Positions 38,916 through 49,492 of a stretch of DNA of 64,000 nucleotides are shown here, piece after piece (position 1 is the stretch's first letter; every line of letters begins with the position of its first letter). The notes under the pieces are model-generated. The model had not been told where the DNA came from. It saw nothing but the letters and a program-made list of their open reading frames with translations, and searched no databases. The DNA lies in the NCBI GenBank assembly GCA_017416685.1, contig JAFQBN010000012.1:59950-123949 (forward strand). Direction: 5' to 3'. Source of the DNA: Oscillospiraceae bacterium (GTDB taxonomy: Bacteria > Bacillota > Clostridia > Oscillospirales > Oscillospiraceae). The position numbers and the translations under genes are program-made.

Positions 38916-38972
38916 AACAGTAATCATTACTGTTTGCAAGATGATAATAGCATACACCTCCGGGTTTGTAAA
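38916..38972 (-). promoter_or_regulatory. perR promoter with perfect 9-1-9 operator
   Basis: TTTACA-17-TATTAT (38972-38944) followed by AACAGTAAT-C-ATTACTGTT (38916-38934). Confidence 0.75.
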
Positions 38973-39044
38973 GAGGTTTTTTCAAAAAAACAAAAAATTT
39001 TTTGAAAACGAAAAAGGACGCCCGCGGGCGTCCTTTTGGTGCGT

Positions 39045-39659
39045 TTATCTGAGTAGATTCATCAGCATCTGGGCGGTCTGCGCGCGGGTGGCAGGATCGG
39101 TCACCCGGTCAAAGGGCATATTGTCCATCAGCCCCACCGCCTGCGCCCAGCCGATGGCGTTGCCCGCCCACTCCGAGTGGGGACCAACCGCGTCGGCATC
39201 GCCGGTCAGAGGCGGGTTGCCCTCGTAGTTCCACAGGATGACAAACACCTGCTCCAGCGTCACGGGGGCATCGGGTTTGAAGATACCGCCGCCGTAGCCG
39301 CTGACGATGTCCCTGCTGCTGGCCCAGGTGACCGCTTTGGTATACCACTGGTCATCAGGCACATCGGAAAAGCCGCTGCTCTGTCCGGCGAGAGCAGGCT
39401 TGCCCTCCTTATTGTAAAGTACCTGTACCACCTGAGCCCGGGTCAGGGTCTCGTCCGGGCCAAAGGAAGTGGCACTAAAGCCGCTCATCAACCCGTGGAC
39501 GATCACCCAATCTACCGCGCCGTGATACCATGCGTTGGCGGGTACGTCTGTCATGGTGGCCGCAGGGCAGTTGTGACTAACAGCAAAGACCGGCAGCACA
39601 AGCATCTGGATCGCTATCAAACCGACCGCAATACAGCGGCGGAGTTGTTTTGTATTCAT
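39045..39659 (-). CDS. Secreted protein made of three SLH domains
   Basis: Signal-like N-terminus; TDVPANAWY..G....FGPDETLTRAQ; FSDVPDDQWY..FKPDAPVTLEQ; SEWA..PATRAQTA. Confidence 0.85.
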   Translation of the reverse strand: MNTKQLRRCIAVGLIAIQMLVLPVFAVSHNCPAATMTDVPANAWYHGAVDWVIVHGLMSGFSATSFGPDETLTRAQVVQVLYNKEGKPALAGQSSGFSDVPDDQWYTKAVTWASSRDIVSGYGGGIFKPDAPVTLEQVFVILWNYEGNPPLTGDADAVGPHSEWAGNAIGWAQAVGLMDNMPFDRVTDPATRAQTAQMLMNLLR

Positions 39660-39784
39660 CTCAGGTATCCTCCCTTTCATAACCGGACTTCGTCTCATTC
39701 TACCATGACACGCAGCCACACGCAAGATAACATATAAAGATATGAAAACGGATGCCCTCTGAAGTGAGGGCATCCGTTGATGCG

Positions 39785-40060
39785 TTATACGTTTTGCAGG
39801 CAGGTATACATGACCACCGCCATCTGGCCCAGCAGCAGGCCGGGCATGCCGTAGCGGAAGGTATTGTGCCGGGTCTTGTGGTGGAATGCTTTCATACCCA
39901 GCAAAATGCCAAGGGTACCTCCCAGCACGGCAAAAAGGAACAGAGTCCGCTCCGGAATACGGAGCCGGCGGTGTCTCGCCCGGCGCTTGTCAATGCCCAT
40001 GGCTGCAAAACCCACCACAGTCATCAGGATGATCCAGACAAAAATCAGTTCAAGTATCAT
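39785..40060 (-). CDS. DUF1294 family small membrane protein
   Basis: MGIDKRRA....RIPERTLF..A.LGG.LG..LGM..FHHKTRH..F. Confidence 0.88.
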   Translation of the reverse strand: MILELIFVWIILMTVVGFAAMGIDKRRARHRRLRIPERTLFLFAVLGGTLGILLGMKAFHHKTRHNTFRYGMPGLLLGQMAVVMYTCLQNV

Positions 40061-42137
40061 CTCTGAGTTCCTCGGTTTCGGGCGTAGTCGGTTCCGCAGG
40101 CGCCTCGTCATCCTGCTGCTCCGCAGGGGCTTCCACCGGTTCGCTGACCATGTGGATATTGCGGGCGGGAGGCTCGATACCATCGGTCATGCCGCCGGCG
40201 CTGTTGGTGGAGGCGTAGGGGTTCTCCACCAGAGAGGGGTCGCGGCCCTCGATGATGGCAACCATCTCGCCGCCGGTGATGGTCTCCTTATCCAGCAGGT
40301 ACTCCACCACCTTGTGCATATCCTCCAGATTATCCCGGATGACCTGCTCGGCATCGGCATAGCAGGCGTCCAGAATGGCCTTGACCTGCTTATCCATGGC
40401 CGCGGCGGTGTCCTGAGCGCAGTCCAGCCCGTAACCGCCGTCCAGATACTGGGTGCGGACGGAGGCAAGCGCCATCATACCGAACTCCTCGCTCATGCCG
40501 AACATGGCCACCATCTTGCGGGCCACGTCGGTGGCCTCCTGAATATCCTGAGAGGCGCCGTTGGTCATGGTGTTCAGCACCACCTGCTCGGCGGCGCGGC
40601 CGCCCATGGACACGGCGATCTTGGCCATCAACTCTTCCTTGGTGCGCAGATTGGTCTTATCCTCCTCAGGCATCAGCAGGGTATAGCCCAAACTGCCTTC
40701 GGTATGGGGGACAATGGTGATCTTCTGCACCGGCTCGGCGTTTTTCTGCTTGTAGGCCACCATAGCGTGACCCACCTCGTGGTAAGCCACCAGCTTGCGC
40801 TCGAAGGGAGTGAGAACGGAATTCTTCTTTTCGCTGCCGGCGATGACGAACTCGAAGGAGGCCAGCAGATCCTCCTGCTTGACAAAGCGTCTGCCGTGGC
40901 GGACGGCGCGCAGGGCCGCCTCGTTTGCCAAATTGGCAAGGTCCGCACCCACGCAGCCTGCGGTGGCAAGGGCGATCTTTTTCAAATCCACGTCTTCCGC
41001 AAGGCGGATCTTGCGGGTATGCACCTGCAGGGTGGCCAGACGTCCTGCCAGATTGGGCCGGTCGATGGTAATGCGCCGGTCAAAGCGGCCGGGACGCAGC
41101 AGGGCGCTGTCCAGCACCTCGGGCCGGTTGGTGGCGGCCAGCACGATGACGCCCTTGGTGGGGTCAAAGCCGTCCAGCTCCGCCAGCAGCTGGTTCAGGG
41201 TCTGCTCCCGCTCGTCATTGCCGCCCATGCGGTTGTCCCGGGACTTGCCGATGGTATCGATCTCGTCGATAAAGATGATGCAGGGGGCCAGCTTGGCCGC
41301 CTCCTTAAACAGGTCGCGCACACGGCTGGCGCCCACACCCACAAACATCTCCACAAAATCAGAGCCGCTGATGGAGAAGAAGGGCACGCCGGCCTCGCCG
41401 GCCACAGCCTTGGCCAGCAGGGTCTTGCCGGTACCCGGAGGGCCTACCAGCAGGGCGCCCTTGGGCAGCTTTGCACCGATCTCGGTGTACTTGCCGGGGT
41501 TGTGGAGGATGTCGATGATCTCCTGCAGGGACTCCTTGGCCTCATCCTGACCGGCCACGTCGGCAAAAGTAACACCGGTGGATTTTTCCACATAGACCTT
41601 GGCGTTGGCCTTGCCCACGCCGCCCATACCGCCCATGCCGCCGCGGCTGCCAATGCCGCGGAACATCAGGGTGAACAGGCCCACCATCAGCAGCATGAGC
41701 AGCAGATAGCTGACCAGCAGGCTCATGATGAAGGAGGGCGCTTCCACCATGTCTGCGCCATGCTCCACGCCGTAGTAGTCCAGCATGTTGTAAATAGTCA
41801 GGTCGGCTGTGGGAGGCGGTGCGGTAACGTAGCTGATGGTCATCCCCTGCTTGCCGAGGATGTCGGTCAGCAGATTTTCCTCCGGGTCTTCCAGTTCTAC
41901 CTCCACCCCCTCTTTCAGGGTGATGGTGTACTTGTTGTCCGCCATGAGTACGTGGGCGACCTTGCCCTCCGTCACCCACTGCTTGAAGGTGGAGTAGTCC
42001 ACTTCCACCGTGCTGGCGTTCTTGATGCCGGACTGACAGCTGTTGAACAGCACCGTCAGCACCAGCGCCCACAGCACGATGCTGACCAGTCCTACCACCC
42101 GTCCGGGCTTGTTCTGATTTCCCTTTTTCTTGTTCAT
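40050..42137 (-). CDS. ftsH: ATP-dependent zinc metalloprotease FtsH
   Basis: Two TMs, [17 protein letters not shown] ([12 protein letters not shown]), HEVGH. Confidence 0.95.
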   Translation of the reverse strand: MNKKKGNQNKPGRVVGLVSIVLWALVLTVLFNSCQSGIKNASTVEVDYSTFKQWVTEGKVAHVLMADNKYTITLKEGVEVELEDPEENLLTDILGKQGMTISYVTAPPPTADLTIYNMLDYYGVEHGADMVEAPSFIMSLLVSYLLLMLLMVGLFTLMFRGIGSRGGMGGMGGVGKANAKVYVEKSTGVTFADVAGQDEAKESLQEIIDILHNPGKYTEIGAKLPKGALLVGPPGTGKTLLAKAVAGEAGVPFFSISGSDFVEMFVGVGASRVRDLFKEAAKLAPCIIFIDEIDTIGKSRDNRMGGNDEREQTLNQLLAELDGFDPTKGVIVLAATNRPEVLDSALLRPGRFDRRITIDRPNLAGRLATLQVHTRKIRLAEDVDLKKIALATAGCVGADLANLANEAALRAVRHGRRFVKQEDLLASFEFVIAGSEKKNSVLTPFERKLVAYHEVGHAMVAYKQKNAEPVQKITIVPHTEGSLGYTLLMPEEDKTNLRTKEELMAKIAVSMGGRAAEQVVLNTMTNGASQDIQEATDVARKMVAMFGMSEEFGMMALASVRTQYLDGGYGLDCAQDTAAAMDKQVKAILDACYADAEQVIRDNLEDMHKVVEYLLDKETITGGEMVAIIEGRDPSLVENPYASTNSAGGMTDGIEPPARNIHMVSEPVEAPAEQQDDEAPAEPTTPETEELRDDT

Positions 42138-42374
42138 AGGAAGCAGTTCCTCCTGTATATCCGTCCCGTAGCGGGAAACGATTTCCTAAACTATGTCATG
42201 ATATCACACTTACCCTATAAAAACAAGGCGCTTGGCTGTAAACTTTCTGTGTCCGCCGCTTTGATAAACTTTCTCCGCTATACCGTAATTTTATGCTTTC
42301 ACCGGAGGAAAGCTTGTGTTATAATGATATGGTTAAGAATTTTGCCTTTGTCTGCAAACAGAACGGAGGTCCCC

Positions 42375-43157
42375 ATGAAAGAACGTACCCCCCTGCGCCG
42401 CTCCGCCCCCATCGAGGCGGAAAACGACGGCGTTATCGAAGGCCGCAACGCCGTGGTCGAGGCCCTGCGGGCCGGCGTGACCATCGACAAAATTTTCATC
42501 ATGAAGGGCGAGACCGATGCCACCCTGGGTCACATCGCCTCCTCCGCCCGGGAAAAGGGCATTGTGGTGGTGGATGCCGACCGGCGCAAACTGGACGGCA
42601 TGAGCCGCACCCACTCCCATCAGGGTGTCATCGCCCTGGCCGCCTGCCGGGAATACTCCACTGTGGAGGACATTCTTCAGTCCGCCCGCGACAAGGGGGA
42701 GGCGCCCCTCATCGTGGTGTGCGACGAGCTGTCCGACCCCCACAATCTGGGCGCGGTCATCCGTACTGCCGAGTGCGCCGGCGCCCACGGTGTCATTATC
42801 CCAAAGCGCCGCTCCGCCGGTCTGACCGCCATCGTGGCCAAGACCTCCGCCGGCGCGGTGGCCCACATGCCCGTGGCTCGCGTCCCCAACATCCCCTCCC
42901 TGCTCAAGCAGTTAAAGCAGGAGGGTGTCTGGGTCTTCGGCACCGCCGCCGATGCCAACACCACGCTTTATAACGCCGACCTGAAAGGTCCCGCCGCCAT
43001 CGTCATCGGCAGCGAGGGGGACGGCATGGGCCGTCTGGTGGCCGAAAACTGCGACTTCAAGGTCAGTATTCCCATGAAGGGGCATATCAACTCCCTGAAC
43101 GCCTCCGCTGCCGCCGCCATTTTCCTTTACGAGGCTGTGCGCCAGCGTTTGAACTGA
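42375..43157 (+). CDS. rlmB: 23S rRNA (G2251-2'-O)-methyltransferase RlmB
   Basis: EGRNAVVEAL, HQGVIA, DPHNLGAVIRTA, GSEGDG, IPM.G.INSLNAS; true start 42375 inside ORF-track 39864..43157. Confidence 0.93.
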   Translation: MKERTPLRRSAPIEAENDGVIEGRNAVVEALRAGVTIDKIFIMKGETDATLGHIASSAREKGIVVVDADRRKLDGMSRTHSHQGVIALAACREYSTVEDILQSARDKGEAPLIVVCDELSDPHNLGAVIRTAECAGAHGVIIPKRRSAGLTAIVAKTSAGAVAHMPVARVPNIPSLLKQLKQEGVWVFGTAADANTTLYNADLKGPAAIVIGSEGDGMGRLVAENCDFKVSIPMKGHINSLNASAAAAIFLYEAVRQRLN

Positions 43158-43176
43158 TTTTACGAAAGGAGTCCCC

Positions 43177-45432
43177 ATGAGCGAACACGACGACAAACAA
43201 CTGAATAGTCAGGACGCGGAGCTTCAGCAGCTGCGCTCCCTCGTCGGCGATGCTCAGGGCGACGACCTCTCTCTGGACGATATTCTGGCAGAATACTCCG
43301 AGCGCAGCCGACCCAAGAGCGTAGTGACCCTGTCCGATGAGGACGAGGAGGAAAATCTGCTGGTCTTCCCCACCTCCAATCGCCCCCCCGACCCGGAACT
43401 GTTCGGTGAAGTGCCGGAGGAAGAAGATGAGGATGAGGATGAGCCGGAGGACTCCGTCCCGGAAGACGAGTCCGACCTGCCTGCGGACGAGTCCGTCGAG
43501 GATGAAGAAGCTGTCGAGGATGTCGATGTGCAGGATGCCAATCCCCAGCCGCCTGACAACGTGCTGGAATTCCCCGGTCTGCGCAGTCCCCTGTCCAATC
43601 TTCTGCACAAGCTGTCCCGCAAGGCGGACCGCTATGCCGAGCAGATGTTCACCGATGAGGACATGCCGACCAGTGACGAGGTGCGCCGCGTGGAAGCGCT
43701 GGTCCCGGGCGTGGACCGGGAGGATGCCCCCCGCTCCGCCCCCCGCCGCCGCCACGCCCCGGTCTCCGGTCCGGACACGCCCCCGCAGGAACTGGCCCGG
43801 GAATACGGCAAGGGCCTGAAAAGCCTGCGCACCCGCAGCCTGTGCGTGCTGTCTCTGCTTCTGCCCGCCCTGTATCTTATGCTGTGCGACCTGCTGCCTA
43901 TCCCCGCCATCCCCAATCCGTGGGTCGCCGGTCAGCCGCTGCTGACTGCGGACGTGCGCTGCTGGGCAGGCAGCATCCTGCTGGCCGCCGCCATGGCCCT
44001 GAGCTTCGATGTTCTGGTCATCGGCTTTAACCAGCTGCGGCAGCTGCGCATCAACATGGATGCCATCCTGCTGCTGGCCTGTGCATTTTCCCTTGCCGAC
44101 GGCATTACCGCGCCCTTCCTGCTGCCCCGGGAGCAAACCGGCTTTTTCGTTTTGAATATCCTTGCCCTGTTCTTCGCCCTGCAGGGCGAGCATCACCGCC
44201 GCCGGGGGCTGCGCCTTGCCTGCCGAACCGCTGCAGCCTCTGCCGAGCCCTATCTTATCACATTGGATGAGGGCAAATGGAACGGCCGGGACACCTATGC
44301 CAAGCACGTGGGCGCACCGGAAGGCTTTGGCCGCCAGATCCAGTCCCCCGATGGGGCGCGAAAGCTGTTCGGCATCATTTCCCCTGTACTGCTGTGCGCC
44401 TGCTTCGTGCTGCCCGTGCTATCCTGCGTAGTCGGCGGACGATACCGGGAACTGTTGTGGGCATTGGCCGCAGTCTATACCGCCGCCTACAGTCTGTCCG
44501 CCCCCCTGCTGTTCAGCCGCCCGTTCCACAAGCTGTCCCGCCGGCTGACCCAGTGCGGCGCCGCCGTAGCCGGCTGGCCCGGCGTGGTGGAGCAACGCCG
44601 CGGTGACGGTATCCTTCTGGGCGATCAGGACCTGTTCCCTCCGGGTTCCGTCGCACTCAACGGCATGAAGGTCTTTGGTGACTGGTCCGGTGAACGGGTC
44701 ACCGGCTACACCGCCACCCTGATCCGCGCTTCCGGCAGCGGACTGGACAAGCTGTTCAGCGACCTGATGCGCACCCAGGGCATCCTCTACCGTCAGGCGG
44801 ACCGCCTGTGCTGTTACGAGGGCGGCGGCCTGTCCGCCAATATCCGCGGTGACCAGGTACTGGTTGGTTCCGCCTCCTTTATGAAGCTGATGGAAGTAGA
44901 CCTGCCCCAGGGCCTGAACGTGAAAAATGCCGTTTTCTGCGCCATTGACGGCCAGCTCGCCGGAATCTTTGCTCTGAACTACACTCTGCCCGACGTGGCT
45001 TTCCCCGCCATCGACGCCCTGCTGCAGGAGCGACTGGCTCCCGTCCTCGCCACCCGGGACTTTAACATCATCCCCGCCATGCTGCAGCAGCGATTCCGTC
45101 TGGCTGTGGCAAAGATGGACTTTCCTCCCGTCCAGCGGCGGCGCGAACTGTCCGACCCGGAGCAGACCCATAATGCCACCCTCACCGCGGTCCTGTGCCG
45201 TGAAGGCATCTTCCCTCTGTCCGAAGCTGTGGTGGGTGCCCGCCGTCTGCGGCGGGCGGTGCGGCTGAACGCCGTGCTGGGCTGTATCGGCTCGGTGCTG
45301 GGCACAGCGCTGGCGTGCTACCTCACATCGGTGTCCGCCTTCGCCTCCATTAGTCCCCTGAACCTGCTGCTGTTTCTGCTTTTGTGGCTGATCCCCTCCT
45401 GGTTCATCACCGGGTGGGTGGACCAATACTAA
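43177..45432 (+). CDS. Membrane protein with acidic N-terminus and a degenerate P1B-type ATPase-like C-terminal half
   Basis: GLSANIRGDQVLVGS, AVFCAIDGQLAGIFAL, VLATRDFN and terminal TM pair align with P1B ATPases; DKTGT, CPC, TGE, HP and GDGxND motifs absent. Confidence 0.7.
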   Translation: MSEHDDKQLNSQDAELQQLRSLVGDAQGDDLSLDDILAEYSERSRPKSVVTLSDEDEEENLLVFPTSNRPPDPELFGEVPEEEDEDEDEPEDSVPEDESDLPADESVEDEEAVEDVDVQDANPQPPDNVLEFPGLRSPLSNLLHKLSRKADRYAEQMFTDEDMPTSDEVRRVEALVPGVDREDAPRSAPRRRHAPVSGPDTPPQELAREYGKGLKSLRTRSLCVLSLLLPALYLMLCDLLPIPAIPNPWVAGQPLLTADVRCWAGSILLAAAMALSFDVLVIGFNQLRQLRINMDAILLLACAFSLADGITAPFLLPREQTGFFVLNILALFFALQGEHHRRRGLRLACRTAAASAEPYLITLDEGKWNGRDTYAKHVGAPEGFGRQIQSPDGARKLFGIISPVLLCACFVLPVLSCVVGGRYRELLWALAAVYTAAYSLSAPLLFSRPFHKLSRRLTQCGAAVAGWPGVVEQRRGDGILLGDQDLFPPGSVALNGMKVFGDWSGERVTGYTATLIRASGSGLDKLFSDLMRTQGILYRQADRLCCYEGGGLSANIRGDQVLVGSASFMKLMEVDLPQGLNVKNAVFCAIDGQLAGIFALNYTLPDVAFPAIDALLQERLAPVLATRDFNIIPAMLQQRFRLAVAKMDFPPVQRRRELSDPEQTHNATLTAVLCREGIFPLSEAVVGARRLRRAVRLNAVLGCIGSVLGTALACYLTSVSAFASISPLNLLLFLLLWLIPSWFITGWVDQY

Positions 45433-45436
45433 ACGA

Positions 45437-45478
45437 AAAAAGCCGCCCCGTCCGAACTTCGGACGGGGCGGTTTTTTA
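45437..45478. terminator. Bidirectional terminator
   Basis: AAAAAGCCGCCCCGTCCGAA-c-TTCGGACGGGGCGGTTTTTT. Confidence 0.8.
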
Positions 45479-45485
45479 TATTTTA

Positions 45486-46067
45486 TCAAGTCTCGGCAGG
45501 GGCATTTTGCTCCCGCTCCGCCTTCTCCTTCTTCAGGGCATTGACGTTGTCTCTGCCGTACAGGAAGAAGGAAATGGCGATCATCACCATGGTAGCACCG
45601 ATGAACAGGGCCGACTGCGCCTCGGAGATATCCTCCCAGAAAATGTGCAGGACCATGGTGGCGTACAGCAGCACCGTGGCCGCCTTGCCGTGCCAGTCTG
45701 CACTGATGACCACGCCGGTGCGACGGATGACAAGCAGACCGGTCACGCTCATAAACGTCTCCTTCAGCACCATCATGGCAAGGGGCAGCGCCATCAGCGG
45801 AAAACGCATGAGCAGACACACCAGCATGGTGGCCTGGGTCAGCTTGTCTGCGATGGGGTCCAGCACTTTTCCAAGGTCGCTGATCATGTGAAAATGCCGG
45901 GCGATGAACCCGTCCGCCACATCGGTCACTCCGGAAAAAATCAGCAGGCCACCTGCCCAGCTGTAATCCTTTTCCACCACATACAGCCACACGATAACGG
46001 GGATCATGGCAATACGGATCATGGACAAAACGTTTGGAAGGGTCAGTATCTTTTTCTTTGTATCCAT
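45486..46067 (-). CDS. CDP-alcohol phosphatidyltransferase (PgsA-like)
   Basis: TLPNVLSMIR, TDVADGFIAR..SDLGKVLDPIADK motif. Confidence 0.9.
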   Translation of the reverse strand: MDTKKKILTLPNVLSMIRIAMIPVIVWLYVVEKDYSWAGGLLIFSGVTDVADGFIARHFHMISDLGKVLDPIADKLTQATMLVCLLMRFPLMALPLAMMVLKETFMSVTGLLVIRRTGVVISADWHGKAATVLLYATMVLHIFWEDISEAQSALFIGATMVMIAISFFLYGRDNVNALKKEKAEREQNAPAET

Positions 46068-46105
46068 CTCGTTCATTCCTTCAACCCACAAGTTTATCTT
46101 TCTGC

Positions 46106-47443
46106 TCAACGGTTGGTGCGGCGCCAGATGCCCATCTTCTCCGCATCGGCGATGAGCTGCTCACGAAAGTCGGGGTGGGCGATGCCGATGAGCTGCTCAG
46201 CCCGCTCCCACACCGACAGGCCCTTGAGGTTGACCATGCCGTACTCGGTAACGATGTAATGTACGCAGGTGCGGGGGTCAGTGGCGATGGTGCCGGGGGT
46301 CAGGGTGGGGACGATGCGGCTTTTCAGCGTGCCGTCCTTGCCTTTGACGGTGGAGGACATACAGATAAAGCTCTTGCCGCCCTCGGACAGGTAGGCGCCC
46401 AGCACGAAGTCCAGCTGACCGCCGGTGCCGGAAATGTGCTTGATGCCGGCGGACTCGGCGTTGACCTGACCGAACAGGTCCATGTCGATGGCGTTGTTGA
46501 TGGAGATGAAGTTGTCGATCTGGCTGATAACGCGCACGTCGTTGGTGTAGTCCACGGGGGCAGCCATGACCTCGGGGTTGCGGTCCATGTAGTCGTACAT
46601 CTGCTGGCTGCCCGCGGCAAAGGCATAGACCTGACGTCCCCTGTCAAGATTTTTGTGCTTGCCGGTGATCTTGCCCGCCTTGGCAATGTCAGCAAAGCCG
46701 TCCACATACATCTCGGTATGGACGGACAGATCCTTCAGGTCGGACTGGGCGATCATGGAGCCGATGGTATTGGGCATGCCGCCGATACCCAGCTGCAGGC
46801 AGGCACCGTTGGGGATGTGGGGCACCACCAGATTGGCTACAGCGCGGTCCACGTCGGTGGGTTCGCCGCCGGCGGGCAGGGTGGCAATGGGAGGATTATC
46901 ACCCTCCACCACCATGTCCACGTCCCGAATATTGATCTCGCTGCCCGTCAGGCCGTAGACCCAGGGCATATTCCTGTTGACTTCCAGAATGATGATCTTG
47001 GCTTTGGCCATCATATCCGCGATCGCGGAGCAGCCAAGGGCAAAGCTGAAATTGCCGTGGCTGTCCATGGGGGTGACCTGGACCATGGCCACGTCCACCG
47101 TCACGTTCTCGCGGTAGAACCGGGGCAGCTCGGAGTAGCGCATGGGGCTGAAGTAACCCATGCCGGAGGCGATGATTTTGCGGTCCACGCCGGTGCAGTG
47201 CCAGCTGTTCCAGGTAAAATGCTCCCCGGCATCCTCGCCCTTGCACACCTCGGGCATCCACATGGTCACACCGCCGCGCAGCTTGACGTCAAACAGTTCA
47301 TTGCGGCGGTCGGACAGGGCCTTGTCCAGCGCCACAGGGTGGTTGGTACACCAGCCGTAGTCCACCCAGTCACCGGATTTGACCACCTTGACCGCCTGGG
47401 CGGCGGTGGTGAGCTTTTGCTTGTAAAGTGCCTGATAGTCCAT
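46106..47443 (-). CDS. but: Butyryl-CoA:acetate CoA-transferase (acetyl-CoA hydrolase/transferase family)
   Basis: [74 protein letters not shown]. Confidence 0.85.
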   Translation of the reverse strand: MDYQALYKQKLTTAAQAVKVVKSGDWVDYGWCTNHPVALDKALSDRRNELFDVKLRGGVTMWMPEVCKGEDAGEHFTWNSWHCTGVDRKIIASGMGYFSPMRYSELPRFYRENVTVDVAMVQVTPMDSHGNFSFALGCSAIADMMAKAKIIILEVNRNMPWVYGLTGSEINIRDVDMVVEGDNPPIATLPAGGEPTDVDRAVANLVVPHIPNGACLQLGIGGMPNTIGSMIAQSDLKDLSVHTEMYVDGFADIAKAGKITGKHKNLDRGRQVYAFAAGSQQMYDYMDRNPEVMAAPVDYTNDVRVISQIDNFISINNAIDMDLFGQVNAESAGIKHISGTGGQLDFVLGAYLSEGGKSFICMSSTVKGKDGTLKSRIVPTLTPGTIATDPRTCVHYIVTEYGMVNLKGLSVWERAEQLIGIAHPDFREQLIADAEKMGIWRRTNR

Positions 47444-47460
47444 GTTCAGTTCCTCCCGGT

Positions 47461-49341
47461 TCAATCGTCCTGATTGAGATAATAGGGTTTCATCAAGCTG
47501 GCCTGCTGGGTAGAGTCCTTGGTGCGGCTGCGGCCGCTCACGTCGGGGCCGCGGCGGTCGCTGCGGCGGCGGTCCCGCTCCTGCTTCGGAGTCTGCTTGA
47601 CGGGTTTGTCCTGTTTGGGCTGCTGCTTGGGGGCAGCCGTCTTTTTGTCCGCCCTGGGTGGGGTCTGCTTCTGCTCCGGCTTGGGTGCAGGTGGGGTCTG
47701 CCCCGGCTTTTTCCCCCTGCGGCGGCGGTTGTTCCCAGTCTGCTTCGGCTGCTCCTCCCGCCCGGATCGGGGCGCGGGAGCCGGGTTCACCTTTCGCGGG
47801 GCCAGCAGGCGGGCGGTGGCATCCATGATGCGGTCCCCGGCCAGGGGATCGGGCCGTTCAAATTCCACCACCGGCATCTGATCTCCGGTCTCCATGCGGG
47901 TCCCGGGCCGGGTCAGCTTGGGGCGGCTGTCCCGCTCCGCCGGGGCGGGTTTCGGCTTGTTCTCAACCGTCTTGTACTCCAGCGGCTGCAGAGTCACCTG
48001 CGCAGGCTGGGCATTTTTCTTCTTTTTGCGGCGTTTTTTCTTGGCCGGAGTCTCAGCGGTCTGGGGGGCGGGCTGCTGCGCAGCCACCTTCTCCTGTGCC
48101 GCTTTGGCAGCTTCGCGCCGCTCACGGCTGCGCTGGCGGGCCGCCTGACGGGCCTCTGCATCCTCGGCATTGACGATCTTGCCGTGCTTATCCCGGACCG
48201 GCTCGGAGAAGTCGGTCATGGGGAATGGATGGTCGTCCACAACGGGGACAGCCTTTCCGATAAGCTTTTCAATGTCCTTGAGCAGCGGTTTCTCACTGAA
48301 ATCGCACAGGGCGATGGCCACGCCGTCCCGCCCGGCACGGCCGGTCCGGCCGATGCGGTGGACGTAAGTCTCCGGCACATCGGGCAGGTTGTAGTTGAAC
48401 ACATGGCTCAGCCGGTCGATATCCAGACCGCGGGCGGCGATATCGGTGGCCACCAGCGCGCGGATCCGCCCTGCCTTAAAGTCGGAAAGAGCCTGCTGCC
48501 GGGCGGTCTGGGACTTGTTGCCGTGGATGGCTGCGGCGGTCACACCCGCCTTTTCCAGATCCCGGGCCACCTTGTTGGCCCCGTGTTTGGTGCGGGTAAA
48601 GACAAGGGCGTTTTTGGCGTTCTGCGCCTGCATCAGGTGGGCGATGAGGCGGGTCTTGTTGCCCCGGTCCACAAAGTACACGCTCTGCTCAATGACCTCC
48701 ACCGGGGAGGACACCGGGTCCACCGCCACCCGGACGGGGTCGCGGAGCAGGGAGTTGACCAGCTGCGTAATTTCCGGGGGCATGGTAGCGGAGAAAAAGA
48801 GGGTCTGCTTTTTCTGAGGCAGCCATTTCAAAATCTTTTTCACATCGTGGATGAAGCCCATATCCAGCATGCGGTCGGCCTCGTCCAGCACGAAAATTTC
48901 CAGTTTGGATACGTCCACAAATCCCTGCTGGTACAGGTCCTCCAGCCGCCCGGGGGTAGCCACCAGCACGTCCACGCCCCGCTGCAGGGCCTGGACCTGC
49001 GGATTCTGCCCCACGCCGCCGAAAATGACCGCAGTGCGCAGGGGCAGGAATTTGCCGTAAGCGTCAAAGCTTTCGCCAATTTGGATGGCCAGCTCCCGGG
49101 TGGGGGTCAAAATCAGGGCGCGGATAGGATGCCCGACGGTTTTACGTCCGTCCAGCAACTGCAAAATAGGTGTGGCAAAGGCGCAGGTCTTGCCCGTACC
49201 CGTTTGGGCGCAGCCCAACACGTCCCGCCCCGCCAACGCGGGGGGGATGGCCTTGGACTGGATGGGCGAGGGAGTCTTATACCCCAGCTGCTCCAGCGCT
49301 TTCAAAATAGGGGCGCTGAGCCCCAGTTCAGCAAATGTCAT
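47461..49341 (-). CDS. DEAD-box RNA helicase (RhlE-like) with long basic C-terminal tail
   Basis: [31 protein letters not shown]; ~230-aa K/P/Q/R-rich tail. Confidence 0.93.
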   Translation of the reverse strand: MTFAELGLSAPILKALEQLGYKTPSPIQSKAIPPALAGRDVLGCAQTGTGKTCAFATPILQLLDGRKTVGHPIRALILTPTRELAIQIGESFDAYGKFLPLRTAVIFGGVGQNPQVQALQRGVDVLVATPGRLEDLYQQGFVDVSKLEIFVLDEADRMLDMGFIHDVKKILKWLPQKKQTLFFSATMPPEITQLVNSLLRDPVRVAVDPVSSPVEVIEQSVYFVDRGNKTRLIAHLMQAQNAKNALVFTRTKHGANKVARDLEKAGVTAAAIHGNKSQTARQQALSDFKAGRIRALVATDIAARGLDIDRLSHVFNYNLPDVPETYVHRIGRTGRAGRDGVAIALCDFSEKPLLKDIEKLIGKAVPVVDDHPFPMTDFSEPVRDKHGKIVNAEDAEARQAARQRSRERREAAKAAQEKVAAQQPAPQTAETPAKKKRRKKKKNAQPAQVTLQPLEYKTVENKPKPAPAERDSRPKLTRPGTRMETGDQMPVVEFERPDPLAGDRIMDATARLLAPRKVNPAPAPRSGREEQPKQTGNNRRRRGKKPGQTPPAPKPEQKQTPPRADKKTAAPKQQPKQDKPVKQTPKQERDRRRSDRRGPDVSGRSRTKDSTQQASLMKPYYLNQDD

Positions 49342-49492
49342 GGGTGTCTTCCTTATCCGTCTCGCAGCGAAGCTGCGTAATCATAAAAATACATAGTATA
49401 GTGTACCATATTTTTCAAAAAAAGCAACGCATTTATGTCCGCCCACAAACAAAAAAGGTGCGCAGACCGGCGGTCTGCGCACCTTTTGAGCT

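Noticed and set aside
39864-43157. 1097-aa plus-strand ORF that looks like a large RlmB fusion
   Set aside because: Its first ~835 codons are the antisense shadow of ftsH and DUF1294; RlmB has its own SD and ATG at 42375.
47461-48200. Low-complexity K/P/Q/R tail of the RhlE-like helicase as a novel domain
   Set aside because: Long basic disordered C-terminal tails are common in DEAD-box helicases.
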